DNA of 64,000 nt. It comes from an uncultured Acidobacteriaceae bacterium (GTDB lineage: Bacteria > Acidobacteriota > Terriglobia > Terriglobales > Acidobacteriaceae). The position numbers and the translations under genes were made by a program. The notes under the pieces are model-generated. The model ran no database searches. It was not told where the DNA came from and was given only the letters and a program-made list of their open reading frames with translations. This document shows positions 46,944 to 56,757 of this stretch, in pieces. How positions within the stretch are numbered: the stretch's first letter is position 1; each line of letters begins with the position of its first letter. The stretch lies in contig CAWHSR010000003.1 of the NCBI GenBank assembly GCA_963832015.1, positions 35,717 through 99,716 on the forward strand, given 5' to 3'.

Positions 46944-47092
46944 TTGGAAAATGGGGAACGTCCCGTCTCTCCTTTGGCTTTCATCAGCATTCCCTCAGGA
47001 CTTCATCTTCTGACAGTTACCCGACTGCCTGCGTGCTCCTAGACTCTAATGTTCGGAATCGTACATTCGCTTAAGCAAGGGCCGCCGTCCCG

Positions 47093-48091
47093 ATGTCGGA
47101 AAGAGAATTGATGTCAAACCAGAATCTCCCGAACTATTTCGAATACATCATTCGCGATGTCGATTCCTACAGGGAGGTGCTTTCCGGGGCAACCGTTGAA
47201 ATTTCCCAGCTCGAACCTGGCCGACTCGTCGGTCGACATGTGCGCCTCGGCTTGCCTGACGGTCAGTTCTCCTGTGTGGAAACCAGCTTATCCATGCGCG
47301 GCATCGGTACTTTCCCAGACATGTGGACGCTCTCGGTGATATTGGAGAGCAAAGGCCGATAATTGCAGCATGGCATCGAAGTTCACGCCGGATCAATGTT
47401 CATCCATGGGCCCGGGGCGGAGCACGACGGGGTTTATGGCCAGAACTTCAAGGTCGCCTGCTTCACCGTTCGCGCTCAGGTGTTTGCCGAACACATCCGG
47501 CGATTCTCCCCACAACTCCAGGATGCACTGCGGCAGCCATTTTCAGTCTTTGAACCGGCCCCCGCGACCCGGCAGGAGATCATCGGGCACTTTGCAGAAG
47601 CGGCAGCGATTGTTCAATCTGACCCGAGGGTGCGCGACTCCAGCGAGGCGTTGGCCCGGTTCGAGGAAGAGTTAGTGTGTGCTTACCTGGAAGCCGTCGC
47701 GCAGCAATTCCCGTCGAATTCGACTGCGACAGACCAGCGAGCCGCTGTCATGATGCAACTGGTTGATCAGGCCGCGGAGGAGTCTCCCCTCGACGGCACT
47801 TCGGTGGTAGAACTCTGCGCGGCCTGCAAAGTGCCGCGACGAACTCTGAATCGGGCGTTCCAGGATGCGCTCGGCATGGGCCCCGCCACCTATCTCCGCC
47901 GAGTCCGGTTGAATCGAGCCCGTCGTGCTTTACAGCGGCAGAGAAAACGCTCGATCACGGTGACCGATGTTGCACTCAATCTCGGCTTCTGGCATCTCGG
48001 TCGTTTCGCCGAGCAGTACAACCAACTCTTCAACGAATCACCCCATGAAACCCTTCGCCGCGCAGAGCACGGGATCGAAACGTTTTCCTAG
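47093..48091 (+). pseudogene. AraC-family transcriptional regulator interrupted by an in-frame TAA at 47360-47362
   Basis: ORFs 47093-47362 and 47363-48091 are in the same frame (...ILESKGR-TAA-LQHGIEVHAGSMF...). C-terminal AraC HTH (VELCAACKVPRRTLNRAFQ...VTDVALNLGFWHLGRFAEQY). Confidence 0.75.
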
Positions 48092-48238
48092 TTCTATCCT
48101 TCCGGTCGGAATTAACCATCAACCGACTGGCCCAAAACGGATAGCCGACTCGCACAGCGTCGGCTATGGTACGCCAAGGAAGGTTCTGCGCACCGGCAAC
48201 GGCGAGCATTGGCAGGCGGCTCAATAGAGGAGAAAACC

Positions 48239-50179
48239 ATGAACCTGAACACACGATTTCATAACGCGGCACGCGCAGTTCTGACGACGATTGCGGTCGT
48301 GCTATTGACCGCCGGCTTCAGTCTCGTCGCCGCAGGCCAGGATGCCCCGCCAAGCCCCGCCGCCCGTAAAGTCGAAGCCAAGAAGCCCGACTATTCGCCC
48401 TACCCAGAACGGAAATACCCCACCCGCGTCTATTGGGGCGTTGCCCATGTCCACACCGGCTTCTCTTTCGACTCGGGAATGTTCGGGGTAACGGTCACTC
48501 CCGACGATCTCTTCAAGGTTGCCCGCGGCGGGGAAGTCGTCATGGACAATGGCCAGACCTTTAAACAGGACCGGCCGCTGGACTGGGTCTCCATCACCGA
48601 TCATGCCGAGTATATGGGCATCTCCGATCAGATTCGCGCCGGCAGCCCTGAACTGCTCGCCAGCCCACAGGGCAAGCGCTGGTACGAGATGTCCCAGCAG
48701 GGTCCTCAGGAGGGTGTCAAAGCCGCCATCGAAGCGGTCGTCTCCATGCAGACCGGCAAGCCTGTGTTCGATGCCAGCAAACTCACGGCGGGCGCATGGG
48801 CGCATGCCATGGAGGCAGCCGAGAAGTGGAACGAGCCGGGCGTGTTCACCACGCTTCACGGATTTGAGTGGACTTCCGCGCCGGGCGGCGCCAACCTTCA
48901 TCGCACGGTCATCTTTCGCGACGATTTGGACCACGTGAAACAAATCGTCCCCTATTCCACCTTTGATAGCCAGGATCCAGCCGACCTGTGGAATTACATG
49001 GACGCTTATGCGAAGAAGACCGGTGGCCATGTGCTTGCCATCCCGCACAACGGCAACCTGAGCAATGGCCAAATGTATACGGCGGAGACCTTCGACGGAA
49101 AACCCATGGACCGGGCCTACGCCGAGGCGCGTGCCAGCCACGAGCCACTCCTGGAGGCGACCCAGATCAAGGGCGACAGCGAGACCAATCCTGCCCTCTC
49201 GCCGACCGACGAGTTCGCCAATTTTGAGCGATGGGACTTCAATTTTGCGGGAGGTGGGGTGACGGATCCCAGTGCCCTTAGCAGGAATTACGTCCGCTCG
49301 GCGCTCAAGCTGGGACTGGAACTGGACGCCAAGCTGGGGACTAACCCTTACAAGTCCGGCCTGATCGGTGGTAACGATGCCCATGTTGGTGTCGTCACCC
49401 AACGGGAAGATAACTTCTTTGGTGAGTTTGCTAACGGATTGCCCTCTCCGGACCGCTGGAAAACCCCGCTGCTGATGGGTAAGGACGGCAAGCCGGTGGT
49501 ATCGGTCTGGCAGGAAGAAGCCGCAGGCTTGGGCGGCGTGTGGGCGACCGAGAACACCCGCGATGGAATCTGGGACGCACTCAAGCGCAAGGAAGTCTAC
49601 GCGACCACGGGTGACCGGCCGATCGTGCGCGTGTTCGCTGGATGGGATTTCGTGCCGGCCGATGTTGATCGGCACGACTTCGCCGAGAACGGTTACGCAC
49701 GCGGCGTGCCCATGGGCGGCGATCTCAGCAATGCCACAAGCGGCAAGGCACCCGTCTTCATGGTCCAGGCTATGCGCGATCCCGACGGCCCCAACCTTGA
49801 CCGCATCCAGATCATCAAGGGCTGGCTCGGAAAGGATGGCAAGTCGCAGGAGCGCATCTTCGACGTAGCGGTTTCCGGCGGACGCAAGATCGGCCCGGAC
49901 GGCCGCTGCAAGACCTTAGTCGGCAACACCGTGGACGTTCCCAACGCGACCTATACCAATACCATCGGTGCCGCGACTCTGTCGGCGTACTGGAAGGATC
50001 CGGCGTTCGATGCTGCACAGCTCGCGTTCTACTATGTGCGTGTGATTCAGATCCCGTCCCCTCGCTGGACCGCTTATGACCAGAAACGCTATGGCATCAA
50101 GATGTCGCCCGAGGTTCCAATGACCGTTACCGACCGCGCGTACACCTCGCCGATCTGGTATTCCCCGGCGAAGTTGTGA
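48239..50179 (+). CDS. DUF3604-family exported protein (PHP-like metal-dependent hydrolase fold)
   Basis: Signal/TM AVLTTIAVVLLTAGFSLVAAG. YWGVAHVHTGFSFDSG...ITDHAEYMG...HGFEWTS pattern typical of DUF3604. Confidence 0.75.
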   Translation: MNLNTRFHNAARAVLTTIAVVLLTAGFSLVAAGQDAPPSPAARKVEAKKPDYSPYPERKYPTRVYWGVAHVHTGFSFDSGMFGVTVTPDDLFKVARGGEVVMDNGQTFKQDRPLDWVSITDHAEYMGISDQIRAGSPELLASPQGKRWYEMSQQGPQEGVKAAIEAVVSMQTGKPVFDASKLTAGAWAHAMEAAEKWNEPGVFTTLHGFEWTSAPGGANLHRTVIFRDDLDHVKQIVPYSTFDSQDPADLWNYMDAYAKKTGGHVLAIPHNGNLSNGQMYTAETFDGKPMDRAYAEARASHEPLLEATQIKGDSETNPALSPTDEFANFERWDFNFAGGGVTDPSALSRNYVRSALKLGLELDAKLGTNPYKSGLIGGNDAHVGVVTQREDNFFGEFANGLPSPDRWKTPLLMGKDGKPVVSVWQEEAAGLGGVWATENTRDGIWDALKRKEVYATTGDRPIVRVFAGWDFVPADVDRHDFAENGYARGVPMGGDLSNATSGKAPVFMVQAMRDPDGPNLDRIQIIKGWLGKDGKSQERIFDVAVSGGRKIGPDGRCKTLVGNTVDVPNATYTNTIGAATLSAYWKDPAFDAAQLAFYYVRVIQIPSPRWTAYDQKRYGIKMSPEVPMTVTDRAYTSPIWYSPAKL

Positions 50180-50206
50180 CTTTTTAGTTGGCCAAGGAGG
50201 GTCAAG

Positions 50207-51610
50207 ATGAAAGCACAGCAAGCCGAGTACTCCACGTTCGAGCGAGGCTATCCCGTCGGAGCGCCGACCGAGCGCTTCTACGATGCCATCGATCTGCGCC
50301 GCGCCATTGAGGCGTATAAGTTCTTCTACGGCACCGTTGCTACTGAGGCCGTCATACAACAGGGGCTGGCTGCGGGCGGGGAGGTCAACGAGGTTGGCAT
50401 CGTGATGGCGACCTCACCCCGACAACAGTTCGGCGGTGCCAACGCCGACACGCCTTACGCCATCACCACGGTGGATCTAGAGGCCGCTGGGCCGACAGTG
50501 GTCGAGCTCCCGCCTGGCCCGTTCATCGGCTTCGTGGATGATCACAATATGCGCTGGGTGCAGGACCTGGGTACGATTGGACCGGAAAAAGGGCAAGGCG
50601 GCAAACACGTAATTTTCCCGCCGGATTATGCCGGAGCCGTGCCCGAGGGCTATTACGCTGGCCGAAGCAAGACCCGGAAGGTAGTGGTATTTGTTCGGAT
50701 CATGCCAATCGGCGGCGATGTAGCCAAGGCGCTCGAGGCCGTCAACGGCATCAAGGTGTATCCGCTGTCAAAGGCGGGTCAGCCGGTGATCCATCGGTTC
50801 ATTGATGTGAGTGCAAAGACCATGCCCCTGCCCATTCTGGCGTGGGAAGACAACATTGAGTACTGGCGGCAACTGCACGCCGTGATCCAGACCGAAACGG
50901 CCCCAGCAGAATTCCGCCCTATGCTTGGAATGTTGTCCTCGCTGGGGATCGCGAAGGGCAAGCCCTTCAGCCCCGACGCCCGCGTGCAGCCCATCCTTGA
51001 AGAAGCGGCCCGCACTGCTGTGGGAGAGATGAGGGTTGTCTTCTACGCTAGCCGTAATCCCGCGCACATCGCCTGGAAAGACCGTACATGGGAGTGGTTC
51101 CCGCTGCAACTCATTAGCGCGGAGACGGGAGACTTCGGCCCTCCAGCGTTCCTCGACCTCGAATCCAGCGATGGGTACTTCTGGTGTGGCTACGGTGTTT
51201 CGGCGGCGATCGGTAAGCCGGCGGTCGGTGCCGGCTCGGTTTATTGGCTCGTCTTTCGCGACGTTACTGGTGCATACCTCGACGGCGGCAAGACTTACAG
51301 GCTCACTGTTCCCGGCCCGGTTCCTGGCAAATTGTTTTGGTCGATGACTGTTTACGACGTGGACACGCGCTGCTTGATCGCAACCGAACAGAAGCGCGCC
51401 GCAATACGTTCGCTCGTGGACAAGCCGCAGGCCAACGCGGATGGCTCCTACGACCTGTACTTCGGCCCCCAGGCTCCAGCGGGCAAGGAAAGCATGTGGA
51501 TCAAGACTATCCCGGGTAAAGGGTGGTGGTCCGGCTTCCGCATCTACGGCCCTCAAGCGCCAGCCTTCGACGGAACGTGGAAGCTTAGTGACATCACTGA
51601 GATGAACTAA
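50207..51610 (+). CDS. DUF1254/DUF1214 two-domain protein
   Basis: FYDAIDLRRAIEAYKFFYGTVA N-terminal pattern and a C-terminal DUF1214-like half. Good SD (aaggaggg) 28 nt after the DUF3604 stop. Confidence 0.7.
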   Translation: MKAQQAEYSTFERGYPVGAPTERFYDAIDLRRAIEAYKFFYGTVATEAVIQQGLAAGGEVNEVGIVMATSPRQQFGGANADTPYAITTVDLEAAGPTVVELPPGPFIGFVDDHNMRWVQDLGTIGPEKGQGGKHVIFPPDYAGAVPEGYYAGRSKTRKVVVFVRIMPIGGDVAKALEAVNGIKVYPLSKAGQPVIHRFIDVSAKTMPLPILAWEDNIEYWRQLHAVIQTETAPAEFRPMLGMLSSLGIAKGKPFSPDARVQPILEEAARTAVGEMRVVFYASRNPAHIAWKDRTWEWFPLQLISAETGDFGPPAFLDLESSDGYFWCGYGVSAAIGKPAVGAGSVYWLVFRDVTGAYLDGGKTYRLTVPGPVPGKLFWSMTVYDVDTRCLIATEQKRAAIRSLVDKPQANADGSYDLYFGPQAPAGKESMWIKTIPGKGWWSGFRIYGPQAPAFDGTWKLSDITEMN

Positions 51611-51644
51611 CGCTCACGTTATCGGAAAGAGAAGCCTTAATCGC

Positions 51645-52517
51645 ATGAAACGAATTCTCAAAGAACCGCTTCTGCACTTCCTCCTGCTCGGGGCTGTGAT
51701 TTTCGCGGCCTACAGCCTAGTGTCCAAGCACACCAGTGCTGAGCCGGGAAAGATTGTCATCACGCAAGGTCAACTCGCGTCCATGTGGGAGGGCTTCATC
51801 CGCACTCGGCAACGGGAACCCAACCAAGAGGAATGGGAGGGGCTCATCCGGCAACGAGTGCGAGAAGAAGTGTATTACCGCGAGGCGCTGACGCTCGGCT
51901 TGGATAAGGATGACACCATCATCCGCCGCCGCTTGCAGCAGAAAATGGAATTCGTCTCGGACGATGTCGCTGCCCAGGCCCAGCCCGCCGACGCCGAATT
52001 GAACGGATATCTGCAGGCGCATCCAGATTCGTTTCGCGTGGAGCAGAAGATCACATTTCGCCAAGTGTTCCTCAACCCGGACAAGCATGGCAAGAACCTC
52101 ACAAGCGATGCCGCGCAACTACTGGCGCAGCTGATCGCGGAGGGCGGCAAAGCTGACATTTCGATGCTGGGCGATACGGTCATGCTGGAACAGAAGTATG
52201 ACGCTCTCCCGGCGGCAGAGGTCGGAAGGATCTTCGGAGATAAGTTCGCGAGGTCCCTCGCCGCGCTGCCCATCGGACAATGGCAAGGCCCGGTGGAATC
52301 CGCATACGGCGTGCACTTGGTATTCGTGACCGAACACGTGGGAGGTCGGGTGCCTGCGCTCGCGGAAGTGCACGACGCCGTGCGTCGTGAGTGGGAAGAG
52401 GACAGTCGACTGGAAGCGAAGGATAGGTTTTACCGGGAACTCCTCAAGCATTACAAGGTGACGGTTGAAAACCCGGAGCCAGACGCAAAGATCGCAGCCA
52501 ACAACGGAGTGAAATGA
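51645..52517 (+). CDS. membrane-anchored PpiC/parvulin-type peptidyl-prolyl isomerase-like protein
   Basis: N-terminal TM LLHFLLLGAVIFAAYSL. C-terminal GQWQGPVESAYGVHLVFV rotamase-like motif. Confidence 0.65.
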   Translation: MKRILKEPLLHFLLLGAVIFAAYSLVSKHTSAEPGKIVITQGQLASMWEGFIRTRQREPNQEEWEGLIRQRVREEVYYREALTLGLDKDDTIIRRRLQQKMEFVSDDVAAQAQPADAELNGYLQAHPDSFRVEQKITFRQVFLNPDKHGKNLTSDAAQLLAQLIAEGGKADISMLGDTVMLEQKYDALPAAEVGRIFGDKFARSLAALPIGQWQGPVESAYGVHLVFVTEHVGGRVPALAEVHDAVRREWEEDSRLEAKDRFYRELLKHYKVTVENPEPDAKIAANNGVK

Positions 52518-53518
52518 AACGCGCGCTCCTCATCGTCGCTCTGCTCGTCACATTCGCCTCCGGTGTGTTCGCGCACGAAGTGCGTCCCGCATATTTGGAA
52601 TTGCGCCAGACTGGACCGGAAACGTATGACGCGCTGTGGAAAGTGCCTGGCCAGGGGGACCTCCGCTACGGGCTCTACGTGCAACTTCCGGCAAACTGTA
52701 CCAACTTCACTGAGCCGTCTGGTTCAGTAGCCAACAGCGCCTATATCGAACGCTGGGCCGTAAGCTGCCCGGGCGGTCTCAGCGGCGGAACGATTCACAT
52801 CGCCGGTCTAAGTACGACAGTGGTCGACGTGCTGGTGCGCGTGGAACGTCTCGACGGCAGCTCGGAGGTAACGCGGCTCACGCCATCTTCTCCATCGTTC
52901 GTGGTGGCATCCGCAGCGAGCGCGGTGGGCGTCGCTCGTACGTACACGGTGCTTGGCATCGAACACATCCTGACGGGCGTTGACCATCTCCTGTTCGTGC
53001 TCGCCTTGATTATCATCACGCGCGGCGGATGGAAGCTGGTCAAGACCCTCACCGCGTTCACTGTCTCGCACAGCATTACCCTGACTCTCGCCACGCTCGG
53101 CTACGTCCACATCCCGCAGCGGCCCGTCGAGGCGGTGATCGCATTGAGCATCGTGTTTGTCGCGGCGGAAATTCTGCGCGGACGACACGGCCTAGTTGGC
53201 ATCACCGCCCGTGCGCCGTGGGTCGTGGCTCTGATGTTCGGACTTATGCACGGCCTCGGCTTTGCCAGCGGACTCAAAGATGCCGGCCTGCCCGACGGAC
53301 ACATTCCCACTGCGCTGTTGTTCTTCAGCATCGGGGTTGAAACGGGACATTTCCTTTTCATCGGATTCGTTCTCGCGCTGATTGCAGTCATGGTCCGTGC
53401 CGCCACAAGACTCATATCCCTGAACCAACAACGACTAGGCGTCATGGAAGTTTTGCCAACCTACGCTATCGGCGGCGTGGCGATGTTCTGGGTCATTCAG
53501 CGAATAACCGCCTTCTGA
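52514..53518 (+). CDS. HupE/UreJ-family membrane protein (long form with periplasmic N-domain)
   Basis: Signal peptide then HEVRPAYLEL. Membrane core GIEHILTGVDHLLFVLALIII...HSITLTLA...MHGLGFA. ATGA overlap with the PPIase gene. Confidence 0.75.
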   Translation: MKRALLIVALLVTFASGVFAHEVRPAYLELRQTGPETYDALWKVPGQGDLRYGLYVQLPANCTNFTEPSGSVANSAYIERWAVSCPGGLSGGTIHIAGLSTTVVDVLVRVERLDGSSEVTRLTPSSPSFVVASAASAVGVARTYTVLGIEHILTGVDHLLFVLALIIITRGGWKLVKTLTAFTVSHSITLTLATLGYVHIPQRPVEAVIALSIVFVAAEILRGRHGLVGITARAPWVVALMFGLMHGLGFASGLKDAGLPDGHIPTALLFFSIGVETGHFLFIGFVLALIAVMVRAATRLISLNQQRLGVMEVLPTYAIGGVAMFWVIQRITAF

Positions 53519-54314
53519 AGGTGAACACCAATCAGGAAAACCGGCGAAAACCCGGGACAGACGGCTGGAGTGCACCCCTGGCGTGAGACAAAGAAACTAG
53601 GGACAGTTGGATGACGTGGCCGATCCCACTCTAGCGAAGAATCCGAGAATTTCGATAGAACCATGCGGAACCTATGAAAGTGCCTATGCTCGGACATCGC
53701 GAAGCATGGGGCAGCCCCAGTCGTGGCGATGCAAAGGCGGGCCACCCTCTTCCTTGGGGGAAAACCTGGGGAAGGGAAAACCGGGGACAGACAGGACGTT
53801 TCCCAATCGTTGGGCCCAACCTGGGAAAGTCGCGGACTGGCGGGACGCTCCCTACGGCACTTCAAATCATGTCTTTTTCCACAGCCTCCACAGCCAGACT
53901 ATGTGACGAACGACCTTTACCGAGGATTTCAGAAAGCGCGTGCTCGTTACATGCGCGAGGGCTCTGCTACCAGTTCGCCGCCACCGATCCCGGGAGCGTC
54001 CTTAAGTCCGCAACTAACTCCTTATTCCAGAATATTTCAGCTGTAAGTCCTTGCGGCTCAGGATTTTGCGCGGACTCGACTCTATCCCCACCACCCAAGT
54101 TCTTAAGAATGAGGATTTTAGACAAAGGGACGAAAAAAATATGGGGCTACCCCATCACGCCAAGTTCCTCCGAGACCGCAACTCGCTCTGGCGAAACGTT
54201 CCGTGCACCTCGCCCGCATCTCGTCCGACGTCCACAGGTTGCGTACCTTCCGTGATGACAACCTGCGCACCCCGGTTTGCCCATCTCTCTCGCTGGATGG
54301 GACAATACATCTAT
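53519..54314. repeat. repeat-dense non-coding stretch (degenerate dispersed-repeat debris)
   Basis: Contains ggaaaaccggggacagac-type boxes (53545-53565 and 53770-53800) and a degenerate catgcttcgc-type hairpin (about 53683-53712). No credible ORF. The ORFs in the track here are low-complexity. Confidence 0.4.
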
Positions 54315-55127
54315 ATGCAAAAACCGCTCACCATTGTGTTCCAACTATTGGCCGCCGGGATGATGCTTCTGGGCTATGCCCCGGCGCAGCAGACTCCGGC
54401 CGCATCGACCCCTCAATCCGCCGCTCCCGCCAAGACGCCGTCCAGCACTACGACGAAGAAGGCACCTGTGACCACGAAACCCGCAACCGCTGTGACGCTG
54501 AAGACCCAGAAAGATAAGGCCAGCTACGCCCTGGGTACAAAGATTGGCGGAGACCTCAAACGCCAGGGAGTTGGCACCTCGCTCGACCCAGCCCTCACCG
54601 CGCGCGGCTTGAAGGATGCTCTCGCCGGTACCAAGGGCCTCATGACCGACGATGAGGTGAAGGCTGCGCTCACGCAACTCCAGACCGAAGTCCGCGGAAA
54701 GATGGAAGCCCAGCAGCATCAGGCGGCCGCCTCTTCCCACCAAGCCGGCGATGCATTCCTCGCTGCCAACAAGAGTAAAGAAGGAGTCGTTACCCTGCCG
54801 AGCGGTCTGCAATACAAGATTCTGACTGCTGGCTCTGGACCGAAGCCGACAGCGACCGACACCGTAACCTGCAACTATCGCGGGACGCTGATTGACGGCT
54901 CGGAGTTCGACAGTTCGTACAAAAACGGAAAGCCCGTATCGTTTCCGCTGAACGGCGTCATCAAAGGCTGGACCGAGGCCCTGCAGTTGATGCCGGTCGG
55001 TTCGAAGTGGCAACTCGTCATCCCCCCCGATCTCGCTTATGGCGATGCGGGCCGCCCCGGCATTCCTCCCGGAGCCACTCTTGTCTTTGAAGTGGAGTTG
55101 ATCTCGATTGGCGAGCAGAAGCAGTAA
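54315..55127 (+). CDS. FKBP-type peptidyl-prolyl cis-trans isomerase (FkpA/Mip-like, exported)
   Basis: Signal peptide MQKPLTIVFQLLAAGMMLLGYAPAQ, an N-terminal dimerisation-type helix region, and FKBP core YRGTLIDGSEFDSSY...GVIKGWTEAL...LVFEVELI. Confidence 0.85.
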   Translation: MQKPLTIVFQLLAAGMMLLGYAPAQQTPAASTPQSAAPAKTPSSTTTKKAPVTTKPATAVTLKTQKDKASYALGTKIGGDLKRQGVGTSLDPALTARGLKDALAGTKGLMTDDEVKAALTQLQTEVRGKMEAQQHQAAASSHQAGDAFLAANKSKEGVVTLPSGLQYKILTAGSGPKPTATDTVTCNYRGTLIDGSEFDSSYKNGKPVSFPLNGVIKGWTEALQLMPVGSKWQLVIPPDLAYGDAGRPGIPPGATLVFEVELISIGEQKQ

Positions 55128-55157
55128 GAGAACTCTCAGGCGATCAGGAGCAACAAG

Positions 55158-55190
55158 GCCGTCTGCCTGCGCAGACGGCTTTTTCCTTTT
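55158..55190 (+). terminator. rho-independent terminator after the FKBP gene
   Basis: Stem gccgtctgc (55158-55166) / gcagacggc (55171-55179), loop ctgc, then tttttcctttt. Confidence 0.8.
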
Positions 55191-55256
55191 CCGCCGCGCG
55201 GCCTAAAGTGCTTCCTGCCCCCGCCGATGGAGATGGCAGCGACAGGGAGAAACAAC

Positions 55257-55808
55257 GTGAAGATTCTCTTAGTGGAGGACAGCAAGCCCATCCGACGGGA
55301 GAATGAAACTGTCCCGCACAAAGCAGGCTATGAAGTCATCTGCGCCGAAGACGGGGAAACCGCGGTGCAATTGTCGCGAGACCAGCAGCCAGATCTGATT
55401 CTGCTCGACATGATCCTACCCAAGATGAGTGGCCCCGAAGTATTGCGGCATCTGAAGAGTGATCCGGCTACGGCCGAGATCCCGGTCGTAGTCGTGAGCA
55501 GTCTGTCGGACAAAAACCGGCAGAGGCTGCTGGAAGCGGGCGCAGAAGAATATCTTGAGAAGAATGCGCTGATGCCCGGCAAGGGAGTCAACCTGCTCCC
55601 GCAAGCCTTGGAGAACGTGATCTGCCGCATCAACCCCAAACGCGGCGTCGCGTTCTCGAGCATTCGCGTTACATCAGTAGAGCGCTACAGAGAGTGTTGC
55701 AGATGTTCTTCCGCCGAAAGATTGGCGCCCGCCAGCAATAACAGGCCCGACAGGAACGCCCAGAACATCATGCTTACCGAGAGCGCAAACGGGCCATACA
55801 CTTCCTGA
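55257..55808 (+). CDS. stand-alone response-regulator receiver (CheY-like); 3-prime end uncertain
   Basis: VKILLVEDS...DLILLDMILPKMSG...PVVVVSS...YLEKN receiver pattern. GTG at 55257 is preceded by agggag. The last about 120 nt overlap the convergent YihY gene. Confidence 0.75.
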   Translation: MKILLVEDSKPIRRENETVPHKAGYEVICAEDGETAVQLSRDQQPDLILLDMILPKMSGPEVLRHLKSDPATAEIPVVVVSSLSDKNRQRLLEAGAEEYLEKNALMPGKGVNLLPQALENVICRINPKRGVAFSSIRVTSVERYRECCRCSSAERLAPASNNRPDRNAQNIMLTESANGPYTS

Positions 55809-56704
55809 AAGTTCAGCCACGGAAGAGCCAGGATATACGCGTACTTCAGCGCCTCCGACAGCAATCCCATGATGATGGCGGCGGGCAGCACCGCCCGCGC
55901 CGGAACTTTGCCGTTGGGCAGCAGCCAGTAGATCAGAAAGAAGATCGCGATGCTGGCGGCAATCGCGAACAGCTTCATCATCAGAAATCCCACAACACGC
56001 ACAAACCCGGTGCCATAGCCGCGCAGCAGGAACTCCATGAACGCCATCGGTCCCGCAGTCAACGCGATCGACAGCAGCGCCAGCACACCGCAGGCAAAAG
56101 CCAGTCCGAGCGAGATCACCTGATTGCCAAGATACGAGCGGTTGTTCTCAAAGCGCCAGATGCGATTCAGCGCGACTTCGAGCGGAAGAAATACGCCCGA
56201 GGAAGTCACCAGCAAAATGACGAGCGAGACCGCCTGCACCCGCTGCCGTGAGTTGACCATGGAGTTGAGGTTGCGGATGACGAAGTCCTGACCAGCAGGC
56301 AGGTAGTCGCGCAGCAACTCGAGGACGACCTCATACATGACGCGCGAATGAAAGACGCGGCGGATCAACGTCATCAGCAGAACGACGAAAGGGAAGAACG
56401 ACAGAATCGAATTGGCCGCGACCGAAAATGCGAAGGTATGAACATCGGTCCGCATCAGATATTTCACGGTGGCAAGAACCAGTCCCGGAGAACGACGGGG
56501 CGCGGGTTTTACTGTACGTTGGCGTACAGAACCAGGCTCGGGTAGCGTCGGAATGGGAGGATTGGGCACGGCGACGATCCATCGTACCAGAGGGCTGCGA
56601 TTGGACCTGAAATGCGATAAACCGAAGTGCTTGAAGTGGTTACCGGGGTATTTCTTTATCTTTGTTAAAGTTATTTGGAGACGAGTAAAATGACCAGCGG
56701 TCAT
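55685..56704 (-). CDS. YihY/BrkB-family membrane protein; start uncertain
   Basis: Core FAFSVAANSILSFFPFVVLL...SSGVFLPLEVALNRIW...YLLPNGKVP, typical of YihY. The first about 60 codons of the ORF are AT-rich and probably non-coding. Confidence 0.75.
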   Translation of the reverse strand: MTAGHFTRLQITLTKIKKYPGNHFKHFGLSHFRSNRSPLVRWIVAVPNPPIPTLPEPGSVRQRTVKPAPRRSPGLVLATVKYLMRTDVHTFAFSVAANSILSFFPFVVLLMTLIRRVFHSRVMYEVVLELLRDYLPAGQDFVIRNLNSMVNSRQRVQAVSLVILLVTSSGVFLPLEVALNRIWRFENNRSYLGNQVISLGLAFACGVLALLSIALTAGPMAFMEFLLRGYGTGFVRVVGFLMMKLFAIAASIAIFFLIYWLLPNGKVPARAVLPAAIIMGLLSEALKYAYILALPWLNFQEVYGPFALSVSMMFWAFLSGLLLLAGANLSAEEHLQHSL

Positions 56705-56728
56705 ATTACGATTTCTTTCTAATTCTTC

Positions 56729-56757
56729 TTGCGAATCGTTTTAATAGTGCTTATTAT
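56729..56757 (+). promoter_or_regulatory. sigma-70-type promoter candidate for the csp gene (TTGCGA-17 nt-TATTAT)
   Basis: TTGCGA at 56729-56734, exactly 17 nt spacer, TATTAT at 56752-56757, in an AT-rich island about 290 nt upstream of the csp start. Confidence 0.5.

Noticed and set aside
47360-47362. The in-frame TAA in the AraC gene as a recoding or read-through signal.
   Set aside because: TAA is not a known recoded codon in bacteria (unlike TGA/Sec or TAG/Pyl), and there is no downstream recoding element. Treated as a nonsense mutation or base error.
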